A stretch of DNA of 64,000 nucleotides from Gracilinanus agilis (lineage: Eukaryota): positions 551,535,117 to 551,599,116 of the forward strand of contig NC_058131.1 in NCBI RefSeq assembly GCF_016433145.1, in the 5' to 3' direction. The notes beneath the pieces were generated by a model. It was not told where the DNA came from. It did not search any database and was given only the letters and a program-made list of their open reading frames with translations. The translations under genes were made by a program, and so were the position numbers. Within the stretch, counting starts at the first letter, position 1. The number at the start of each line of letters is the position of its first letter. Shown here in pieces: positions 1-10,385 of this stretch.

Positions 1-74
<74 letters not shown>
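1..74 (+). repeat. (GAAA)n tetranucleotide microsatellite
   Basis: Pure GAAA repeat from the window start to about position 74. Confidence 0.98.
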
Positions 75-75
<1 letters not shown>

Positions 76-589
76 CTCTCTGCCACCATAGAGGGCAGAA
101 TTTATATAATCTTGCACCTCTCTGTGTTGCTCCCTAGATGGCCATCTAATCCCAGTTCTTATTAGGGAATTTGCCAAAATAAAATAACCCAACCCTAGCC
201 TAGTGGGGAGGAGGAGAAAAGAGAGAAAGCCTTTCAAATATCCTTGCATTCATATGTTGGATGGAAAGAACATTCAAATAACAGGTATAATATTATATCA
301 ATGGCTATCCATTGTATTTACAATCTACACCTCTGGCAGCGTGGGTCAGCACTGCTGGTCACATTTGTATAAATAAGTCACACACAACAAATTCTGCTCC
401 CTGAATTCAGTGGGCCTGGGGTGGCTTCCACCTTTAAGACTGTACAGTAACTCTATCATCACAGGTCTCTGGGCCAGTAGGGAGTTCAGGCAGGAACAGG
501 GGAGTAGGACTCCTGATTCTGGGAGACAGATATTCAAACATTGATTTAAGAAGCTGATGGGAGAAAAAGAGGGAAAGGAAGCATCCGAT

Positions 590-2450
590 TTCAGTCTTTA
601 CAAGCTGCGCCACTCCCCCGGTCCCCACCCCCGGGGTCCCCATTCCCCTGTCCTTGCCCTGCCCCTCCCAGATGCCTCGTGGCCCGTAGCTCCATGGTCC
701 CCTCCCGGGAACGACCTCCCCCTCGTGCCTCGCCGGAGCCCTCGAAGATTCGAGTCAGGAAGCGGGGTCCAGCCCGGGGCAAAAGGTCCCCGGCTGCAAA
801 GACGTAGAGAATAGGGTTGACACTGGAGCTGAAGAATGCCAAAGCTGTAGCTCCGGCCCTGGCAGCCTGGCCCGCCCCTCCGAGCCGCGCCAGGGAACCA
901 CTGGGAGGGGCCAAGGCAGCGGCTGCTTGCAGCAGGTTGACAGCATGGTAGGGAGCCCAGAGCAAGCCAAAAGCCAACACGATGGCGCTCACTAGTCGGC
1001 CTGCGCGCACGCCCTGCCTCCCGGCCCCCCAGCGCCCGTTCCTCAACCGGGCCAGAGTCACTCCGTAGCAGCCCAGTACCAATCCGAAGGGTAGTACGAA
1101 AGCCGTCAGGGTTTCCAAGGTCAGGTGGGCCGCGGCCACGGCAGGCGAAGGGTGGCACAATTGACACACGTGGTCCTGCCACAGATGTCGGTAGGTCGCT
1201 GCTGGCAGCGCCAGGAGCAGGGCAGCTAACCAAATGCCAAGCAGCAGGCGTCGGGCTAGCGCAGGGCTGCGCAAACTAGGAGCCAGGAAGGGTCGGGTGA
1301 CGGCCAGGCAGCGCTGCAGGCTGAGTAGGGCGGTGAACATGACACTGGCGTACATACTGACCCCGCACACGTAGTACACGGCTTTGCAGCCCGTGGGACC
1401 CAGAGGCCAAGCCTGGCCGGCCAGAAAAGCCACGAAGAGTGGGGTGAGCAGCAGGACCGCGCCGTCGGCCAGCGCCAGATGCAGCACCAGGGTAGCCGCC
1501 AGAGGCCTTCCCCGTGCGGGCCGCCAGCATGCCAGGCTCCACACCACGAAGCCGTTGCCGGGCAGCCCCAGCAGCGCAGCCAGCAGCAAGAACACAGTAC
1601 CCGTGGCCCTCGAGGCTGGGGAGCTGAGAAGAGTCTCATTGCCCGGGGGCTGGAAGCAGAACATCCTGGGGAGCGAAGGGGGAAAGAGGAGTGGAAAAAA
1701 AATGGGGACTCTATGGAAGAGATCAGGAGTGCTAGGAACTGGGCCAAACAGTTTCGCTGGAGCCTCTCATTCTCCTTGCCACAGTGCCACCCTTCTTCAG
1801 CCTTCAAGCACTTCTCCCGTGGAACTCTGATCTCCCACCCTCGGATCTCCTTCTGTAACTTCAGCCCTTGGGACCAACCCCGTCCTCAGCCTCCAGTCGT
1901 TTCCCTCTTCTCGCTCCTCCTCACATCGTTTCCCAGAACCCAGGTGTTCTGTACCTTACACCCCACCGCCCAAGCCTTGGGCACCTTCCCAGTCCGATAC
2001 TCTCATGCTCCCTTCTCGGAACCCAAGCGTCCCGTCCAGTCCCGTCCCCGCCACAACCCCAGCGCCGACTCCAGGGTCACAGCAGATCTGACCCCTTCCC
2101 CCTACCCTCTGCTCAGCCCCTCCCTCTTCATCCAGACCCCTTCCTCCAGAGTTACATTGGGAGCGAACTGGGAGACTCACCCGGCAGAGAGAACAATGCT
2201 GGGGGGAGGCAAACTAGGAGACCCCAGAAAAACGCGAAAGGTGACCCCAGGGGACTGCTCAGGTGTCATGTCAGGTACTAGACCTGTCGTGTTCTCCCGG
2301 GCTGGGGCCGGGCTGGGCAGGTGAGAAGTGGGGAAGTACGGGTGGAGCTCATCCCTGAAGCCTATCCTGCTGCCCCTCCCTAGCCTGAACTCCAGCGAGT
2401 CTAGGCGTGAAAAAGAGGGCTCCGCCTCCCCCAGGAAACAGGATGAACTG
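590..2450. promoter_or_regulatory. CpG island over the LTB4R2 ORF and the LTB4R2/CIDEB upstream region
   Basis: High GC and CpG density compared with the CpG-poor flanks. Strong donors on both strands: minus CGG|GTGAGT (exon ends 2181) and plus CAG|GTGAGA (exon ends 2320). Confidence 0.7.
591..1664 (-). CDS. LTB4R2: Leukotriene B4 receptor 2 (BLT2), single coding exon, 357 aa class A GPCR
   Basis: ORF reads PPGNETLLS..ATGTVFLLLAALLGLPGNGFVVWSLA..SLQRCLAVTRPF..WAPYHAVNLL..SSSVNPILY, near-identical to human BLT2 as I recall it. A polypyrimidine tract plus CAG acceptor lies directly upstream (exon starts at 1665, one base before the ATG). Confidence 0.97.
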   Translation of the reverse strand: MFCFQPPGNETLLSSPASRATGTVFLLLAALLGLPGNGFVVWSLACWRPARGRPLAATLVLHLALADGAVLLLTPLFVAFLAGQAWPLGPTGCKAVYYVCGVSMYASVMFTALLSLQRCLAVTRPFLAPSLRSPALARRLLLGIWLAALLLALPAATYRHLWQDHVCQLCHPSPAVAAAHLTLETLTAFVLPFGLVLGCYGVTLARLRNGRWGAGRQGVRAGRLVSAIVLAFGLLWAPYHAVNLLQAAAALAPPSGSLARLGGAGQAARAGATALAFFSSSVNPILYVFAAGDLLPRAGPRFLTRIFEGSGEARGGGRSREGTMELRATRHLGGAGQGQGNGDPGGGDRGSGAACKD

Positions 2451-2810
2451 AGGGGGTGCCGATAAAGTTCCTTGGTCTGGCCTGTGTAAATAGGGTGTCT
2501 CATTCCTGGTCCTCTCCACCCCCTTCCCCTTAAAAGTTTCTGCCTCCACGCCCCCATCCATACCACTGTGCATTCCTTAGTTTTTACATCTCCCTTCAGT
2601 GTGGGGAGGGAAGAAAGACAGAAAAGGGAATCCAAGTCCATTCCCCCACTGTGGCTTCCTGTCTCTCAAGCTATTGTTCTCCAGTTCCCTGATGGTGACC
2701 TGCCTCCCAGACCAACTCAAGCCCACCAGTTAAATTCAACCATCCTTTACTGAGTGCCTACCACACAGGAGCCTTTGCATAATAGTGCAAGATATTTTAA
2801 AAAGGGGGGG

Positions 2811-3010
2811 GGGTGCAGCAGCTGGGTAGCTCAGTGGATTGAGAGCCAGGCCCAGAGAAGAGAGGTCCTGGGTTCAAATCTGACCTCAGACACTTTCCCT
2901 GCTGTGTGACCCTGGGCAAGTCACTTGAACCCCATTGCCTACCCTTACCACTCTTCTGCCTTGGAGCCAATACTGTGTATTGGCTCCAAGACGGAAGGTA
3001 AGGTTTATTA
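2811..3010 (+). mobile_element. SINE1_Mdo-type SINE (similar copies at ~5840-6030, 12815-13025(-), 29597-29790, 37700-37928(-), 41101-41226, 51800-51975, 55395-55572(-), 58198-58390)
   Basis: Recurrent head GCAGCTGGGTAGCTCAGTGGATTGAGAGCCAGG and tail CCCTTACCACTCTTCTGCCTT..AAGGTAAGGGTTT. Confidence 0.88.
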
Positions 3011-4936
3011 AAATATATATATAAAGGCATAAAATATGGTTCTAGACCTCAGGAAGATTGTGATCTATTTGGTGCTACAAGACTACAAGGCATACACATA
3101 TCAACAGATAACAGACCTAGTTCCAAGTGTCATCAGTCAGGCCTAGTGTTGTTACACCTCTGGAGATTTCACTTTAGGACAGGAAGGTAGTACTTGAATT
3201 AGATCTTAGAGTATGGGCAAAAACATGTTGTTCAGTTCAGTCTGAACCACCATTTGGAGTTCTCTTGGCAAAGATCCTGGAATTGGTTTGCCATTTCCTT
3301 CTCCAACTCATTTTACAGACGAGGAAACTGAGGCCAACTGGGTTAAGTGACTTGCCCAGGGTCACAATGCTAGTGTCTAAGGCCAAGGCCAGATTTGAAC
3401 TCATGAAGATAACAAGCCCAGTGCTCTGTCCACTCCCACCACCTAGCTGCCCTAAAGAATAAGGAGGATTCAGATAGAGAGAAGGGGGAGTGAATACCTC
3501 AAATAGGATAGTGAGCAAATAGAAGAGAGTGAACAATCTAGTTTGGCTGGCACAGAACGTTTATGTAACAAAATTTAAGATTAGAGATTCAATTCAACAA
3601 ACATTTATCAAGGACCATGAGTATCTTAGGGAAATGGACAGAGGACCTGGACCTCTCTTAAGTCATAAGATTTAGGGCTGGCAAGGACCTCTGAGCTAAT
3701 AATCTAGTACTAGATCCTTATGTTCTAAAAGAGAAAACCAAGACCCAGAAAAGTTCAGTGAGCTTGCCAGGGTCTTACGTGGCAAACAGCATTGTTGAGA
3801 TTTGAATTCAGATCTCCTGGATCCAAATCCAAGTACATATTTTCATGAGGGAGTAAGAAGTTCAGAACAAAAAAATAGATTTTAGGGACGATAGCATGAT
3901 CTCCCTTCCTTTTCACCTTTCAGCTTCCTTTACATCTTTCAAGATTCAGTTCAAATCTCACCTTCTCCAAGAGAACTTTTCTCTCCTCCTCTCTCTCATG
4001 CCTCCCTCCCCTTCTGAGATTACCTCTAATTTAACCCATACTTAAACTGTTTGTACTTCATTGTACAAACTCCCTCTATCCGAGGACTGGATAAGAACCT
4101 CTTTCCTCTCCAGATCTGATGTCCTGTGACATCTCCCCCATGGTCATAAGTTTGTCTAATTTTTTTCCCCAAAAATTTTATGAAGTGAGAATCCCTTTCA
4201 AAAAAAAATTCTTAGGAGGTGTCTCCCCCGTTAGATGGTGAACTCCTTGAGGGCAGAGACTTGCCTCTCTTTGTATCAGCAGCAGCCTTAGCAGGTAAGT
4301 AAGAACTCCTGGTGGCCAAATGATGTACACAAACCAGGAGCCTTGGTGTCCAGACTTTCCCAGGAACACTCAGGCTTTTACTTGGAACTGGCCCTAGGGG
4401 GACGGTAGACCTTTCCTTCCCATTAGATTTGCTGTGGTTCAGTTGTTTCAGTAGTGTCTGACTCTGAATGACCCTAATTAGGATCTTCTCGACAAGGATA
4501 CCGAAATGGTTGGCCATTTTTTCTCCAGACCCATTAGATACCTATCACCTATCACTTCTATTGCCCAAGCCTACAAGTCTTCTGCTTCTTAAATTGCAGG
4601 CAGTTTCCCACCCAACTTTTTCTTGAAAATTGTAGTTTGTAACTTTTCCAGCAGGTGGAAGCAAACCTTCCAGTAAACAGAAGGCCATTAGTGGGGGAGA
4701 GGAGGTTGGGGGCCCAGCAGGATCATGGGGCACGCTCGAAATTACAGCCAAAGAAGCAGCTCTATTAGCACCATGAAGTCACTTTGTCCTCTTTTTCCAA
4801 TTCCCTCTCTCTCTCTGTGGGTGGTGCCCCCTCCCATTTTTAGCTCAAGCACATCAGGGTCCCACCAGACCTGGTTCCTCCCCCAACTCCCCCCCAGGCC
4901 CCTCCCCTTTTCTCTTCCCCCAGGTCCCAGCCCTCT

Positions 4937-4949
4937 TGGACTTTGCCCT
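4937..4949 (-). promoter_or_regulatory. HNF4-type DR1 site in the CIDEB proximal promoter
   Basis: Plus TGGACTTTGCCCT = minus AGGGCAAAGTCCA, the HNF4 consensus, about 200 bp upstream of the CIDEB ATG. Confidence 0.6.
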
Positions 4950-5146
4950 ACTTCCTGTCCAGGCATGGGGGCCAGAGTCCGACCCTGACTCATTCCCCAC
5001 AACTTTTTCTGGTACTTAAATTCCAGGCTTGGTCATAGAAATTAACAACAGATTTGCTGAGAATCAGACCAAGTCCGGATTTTGAACGAGATCTTCAAGA
5101 GAGAAAACTGTGGGAAAGAGTGGTTCTACCACCACCTAACCACACC

Positions 5147-8100
5147 ATGGAATACACGAAGGCCAAGGACTATATCTCAGCCTTTAACCCGACCTCCCTG
5201 CTAAGGTAAGTCCTTTCCCATCATCCCTCTCTTCTCCTCCCTCTCCCCAGCATCAGCTGAAGGAAAATAGGAGATATGGGCGAGACAGAGATATCCCCTC
5301 TTGTAGGACCCCAAGTATACCATCCAAGCTAATATTCCAGCCTTGCCACTGGAGAGAGTCTCTCCAACCCAACACCACCGCCTCCTGCCTCCTATTTCTA
5401 TAGTAATCATGCCCTCCCTTAGCTGTGCTCTTAGCGGTCCATCTGCTGTCTCCTCTTCGTGTGGCCCTATTTGCCATGCCCTGTACCAACCCGTTTTGAC
5501 ATTTTCCCATGATTCTCAGGTCGGTATCCAGTGTGGGTTCTGAGTTTGGCCGTCGAGTCTGGGCTTCGGCTCCCCCACCCCAGCGTCCTTTCCGTGTCTG
5601 TGACCATAAAAGGGTCACTCGAAAAGGACTCACAGCTGCCACCCGCCAAGAACTACTAGACAAGGTGAGTGGGGCCTGTACCCGCTGTCTTCTCATCCAT
5701 AGATCTGAGACCTTTGGCCAGAAAATGGAGAAACAATCCATTCGCGAGAAAAAATGGATTTAGAAGGCAGGACGAGACATATGTATATTTTATGTACAGT
5801 CATTGGCAGAGTTTGTTTTGCTTAATAATGTAGATTTGTAGGGGCAGCTGGGTGGCTCAGTGGATAGAGAGCCAGGCCTAGAGATGGGAGGTCTTAGGTT
5901 CAAATATGACCTCAGCTACTTCCCTGGGCAAGTCACTTAACTCCCATTTGCCTAGCCCTTACCACTCTTCTGCCTTAGAACCAATACACAGTGTTGATTC
6001 TAAGACTGAAGGTAAGGGTTTTTTAAAAAATAATAATGTAGAATTGTTATAAGAAATTTTCTAACACCCCACCACCACCACCACCATGGGATGGGGAGTA
6101 GGAAGGAAAAAAGATAGATTTCTGTTTTTTTTAAGAGAAAGGAAGGGAGGGATGCTATAGAAGGGAAATGTTGCATGAAGTTTTAACTTCCATTAAATGA
6201 TTAGTTTTACTTAACTGTTTTACTTGGTTACAAGAAACCTCTCACAAATCAGGAATAATCTTAAATTATAGATAATGCAAAAACAAACCCTCGATAAAAC
6301 TGAAAAGTATGAAAATATATTAAAAATGAAGATAGAATTTTAAAAGTTTAAAAAACACAGCACGAGAGTGGAGGGTATGAAACACTTCGAGGGCAGGTTG
6401 TAGACTCTTTTTACCTTACGTTTAAGAGTCAATCAATTAACCAACAAACATTTATCAAGCAACGGCATGTCAGGCACAGCTGAATCTATTGTGGTGAGGG
6501 GTAGGGAGGGAAAAGACAACATGTACAATATGTAAGAATACAGAATGAGTAACCAGTAGACTATAAGATAGTTAAATACAAGTTAGAGAAGGCACAAACA
6601 GTTGGTGGTGTCAGGAAGGGTTTCATGGAGAAGGTGCTGTTTGAGCTGAGTCTTAGAGTGAAGGGGGAGAGGAGTTGCATTTCAGGCAATTGAGGATAAC
6701 CAGTGAAAAGACATGGAGACCAGAGAATGATTATACTGTGTGAGGAATCAAGAGAAATCCACTTTGATTGGACTCTAAAGAGTAAGGAGAGAAATAATGT
6801 AGAGTGAGGCTGAAAAGATAGTGTGAGATCCACTAGTAAAGGATTTTAAAAGAAATGCTATCTCATTTTCCCTCCCTTTTTGTTAACCTCTAAGTGGCTA
6901 CCTAGTTTCAGTTTTTTGAAGGACCTTCCCAAGCTAAGATAGCTTAGTCCCTAACTATTAATAAAGAATTTGTAGTCAAGTGGACAGGTTTATATTTGAA
7001 TTCAAGAGGCAGTAGGGAGCTACTGAAGTTTATTGAGTAAAGGAATAACAGTCTGATTTGTACTTAAAGAAAAACTATGTCAGTTGTGTAGAAAATGGAT
7101 TGCAGCAAGGAGACTCAAGGCAGAAGATCAATTAGAAGCCTTTTACAATAATTCAGCAAAGAGGTGATACAGGCCTAAACTGACATAAGGAATGAGGAGA
7201 TGGATACAAGAAGTATTATGGGAGAAATGGCAAGATTTGACAGCTACTTGACTATGTAGAGTGAGGGAGAATGAATCAAAGATAATACCAAGATTACAAG
7301 ACTAGTGATACAGTGAACAGAAACAGGAAAGTTTGGTAAGAAAGGTAAGTCTGTGCAGATGGAGTGGAGAAAAAATAATAGTTTAAATTGCCTAAGGGAC
7401 ATCCAGTTTGAAATGGCCGTTGGTAATATGTGACTGGAGGTCAGGAGGAGCTGGGTTTTAGATGACCTGTGAATCAGTTGTACAGATAAGATAATTAAAC
7501 CCATGGAAGCTGATTAAGTGGGGAGGGAAGGGAGGGACAGAGACAGAGACAGACAAGAGACAGAGAGACATAGAGAGAGGAAAAGGAGAGAGAAAAAAGA
7601 AGAAAGGAAGAGAGGAGAAAGAAGAGGAAGGAAGAGAGAGAGGTGGAACATGGGAGTGGCAAACAAGATGAAATCTTGCCCCACATTTAAAGGATTCCTG
7701 ATGAACCAGTAAAGGACCAGAAGTGAGCACTGTCACTAAAACCCAACAAAAGTGTCCAGGCGGGAAGGGTGCTTCAACAGTGTCTGCAAAGAGGCCAAGA
7801 AAGCAGAGACCTGGGAAGGGGCCATAAAATTTGGCAATTAAGAGAACTTTTTGGTGACTGGAGAGAGGTTGCAGTTGAGTGATGAGGTTGAAAGCTAGGC
7901 TGCAAAGAGATGCTTAAAGCAAGAGCCACTATTCCCATGAATAAATTAAGAGCTAGAAGGGAAATAAAAAATCATCTAGACCAAGATTCTTTATTTTACA
8001 GATGAAGAAACAAATCAGAAAGGTTGCTACTTGCCTAAAGTCATGCATTTATTAAATGACAGAGTCTAAACTTGAACCCAGATCCTTTGGCTCTCTTCCA

Positions 8101-9969
8101 TTGTACTGTTTTGTCTTTCCAAACTGAATTAGGGACTTTAGTGTCCATTGTTATTGCTGTTGTTCCAATTGTGTCTCACTGTTTGTGACCCCACTTGGGG
8201 TTTTCTTGGCAAAGATACTGGAATCTTTTGCAGTTCTTTCTCCAGTTCAATTTAGACGAGGAAACTGAAACAAACAGGACCAAATGACTTGTCCAGGGTC
8301 ACACAACAAAGTGTCTGAGGCTGAATTTAATCAGGTCTTCCCATCTCCAGGCTCTGCCCTCTCTTTCTATTGCACCAGGTAGCTACTCCTATCATGCCCA
8401 GTGGCAGGAAAATGGACCAAGGCAATCTCTAGAGAAGTAGTGTCAAAGTCAAAAAAGAAGTCACTAAATCATTCATAAAGATTTCTGCTGGCCATCCATT
8501 GACTTAAAAAAAACTTCATATTAACATTATTTACATCCTATTGTATTTTTATTTTCTAGAATATTTCCCAATGACATTTTAATGGTTTGGGCAGCACTTG
8601 GGAGTATTGCACCCAGCAGACTTCCTGTTTGATTCCTCTGCTCTAAAGGGCCTGACCATCTCTTGGTAGTTAGACTGCAAGCTAGCAATGTGGAGTGGGG
8701 AGAGTGGGAGAGGTAAATGTCAAAGGTGATGATTATTATATTAGAGGCAGAGGAAGTCAGAAAATGCTTATGTTCCTGCTTTTAAGAAAAAACAAAAACA
8801 TTATTTGATCCTAGAGAACTTCTTGTAGGGGAAATGTGAAAAGAACCGCAGAAGAGCTCACGGAAGAATTAAAGGAGATTGCTCTAGGTGGAGGAAAAGG
8901 GTGTCCCCAGGGTATCTGGGGGTGAAGGCTGGAAATAGAACCCAAAGAAAGGGAGATCTCAGAAAAAGGACTGAAGAACTAGAGATAAAAAAGAATAGCC
9001 ATATTTGGGGCTGGATGGGATGCAGGGCGGGGAAGAGACAGTAGATGGCAAAGGGTGTTGAGAAGAGTGCCTGACAGTGTCTCCTTCCCTACTTCTCATG
9101 GGTAGGCACTTGAGACCTTGCTACTGAGTGGGGTGCTAACGCTGGTGCTGGAGGAGGATGGGACGTGTGTGGAGAGTGAAGAATTCTTCCAGATGCTGGA
9201 GGATGATACAAGCCTGATGGTTCTGGAAGCAGGACAAAACTGGAGTCCTGTCAGGGTGAGTGCTACAAGGGGCTGGGTGTCATCTGACTTAGGCTTTCCA
9301 CCAGCTTGCCCAGCTCTTCCATCCTACCTGCTACATTAACTTAAAAAGGAGCACAGGGGAAGGGTCTGAAGATGGAGGGTTGGATTAGGGAAGTTAGGCA
9401 ATGGGTGTAGGGGGGCAAAGTGAGAGAGTCACAGGGATTGAGAGGGCCTGAAAGGGAGCATCTAAGTGCAGGAGCCTGTAGATACAGCCTGGGGCTGTGT
9501 GTGGGCACCTGGGGTGGCTGCTGACCAGAATGACTCTCCCTCAGAGCGGGGTGCTCTCATATGGTCTGGGCCGGGAGAAGCCAAAACACAGCAAGGACAT
9601 TGCCAGCATCACTTTCGATGTGTACAAGCAGAGCCCCAGAGATCTTTTTGGCAGCCTCAACGTGAAAGCCACATTCTATGGGCTCTATTCCATGAGCTGT
9701 GATTTTCAAGGACTCGGCCCCAAGAAGGTGCTCAGGTCAGTGAACAACATTCTGGCCTTCCTTCCCCTAGGACTGGACAGGGGCTAGACTACTCTTGTCC
9801 TCCCCCTGACTCCCTTCCCATGACTTCTTTATTTAGAGAGCTCCTGCGGTGGACCTCCACGCTCCTGCAGGGCCTGGGAAACATGTTGCTGAGTGTTGCC
9901 TCCACCCTTCGCCACGTAGTGGAAGGCGCCGAGCGGTGGCAGCAGCGGCGCCACCTCCATAACTACTAA
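5147..9969 (+). CDS. CIDEB: CIDE-B lipid-droplet protein, 225 aa; exons 5147-5205, 5520-5664, 9106-9255, 9545-9735, 9837-9969
   Basis: Spliced product MEYTKAKDYISAFNPTSLLRSVSSVGSEFGRRVWASAPPPQRPFRVCDHKR..VLEEDGT..GSLNVKATFYGLYSMSCDF..ELLRWTSTLLQGLG..HLHNY*. All introns GT-AG with matching phases; total 678 nt. PolyA signal AATAAA at 10303-10308. Confidence 0.96.
6425..7870 (-). mobile_element. L2 LINE relic in CIDEB intron 2 (other L2 pieces at ~39100-39540, 46230-46800, 49510-50236, 57800-58170)
   Basis: Starts with the CAAACATTTAT.AAGCA motif typical of the reverse-complemented L2 3' end, then purine-rich L2 body. Confidence 0.7.
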
Positions 9970-10385
9970 GTACTCTGCCCATCTTCAGCTGGAAGATGGA
10001 TTTAGCATAGAATGGTCCCCCTGGGGCTCCTTGTTTGCACATACTGGACATATTCCCCACTGACATCTAGACCTGAAATTCTCTATCTAGCCCTGGTTCC
10101 TATAAAGGCTTCCCCAGCCACAGTAGCCACCCCTGACCAAGGGATTATATTCTAAATCTCCCAACTCTTGTCTCTATCCCTGAGCTCCAAAGGGTCTAAT
10201 AACAAGTCCTCCCTTTATGTCAAAGGACCCCATTCCTCTTCTCCCCTTAATGCCTCCTTCTCCATCACACCCTCAAAAGAACCTGACACAAATCTCATTT
10301 CCAATAAAAATAGAAAATATTTACTATTAGAATTTCTGAGTCAAATTAAAAGCTAGTTCCCCTTCCCACCCCAGGTCTAAAAGCT

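Noticed and set aside
1-590. LTB4R (BLT1) coding sequence
   Set aside because: Expected by synteny beyond the left edge; no BLT1 coding sequence is visible in the window.
1479-2324. 281-aa plus-strand ORF, and the 211-aa and 183-aa alternative-frame ORFs over LTB4R2
   Set aside because: Expected stop-poor frames in a very GC-rich CpG island. Low-complexity R/P/G/S peptides with no recognisable domain; some start at non-ATG codons.
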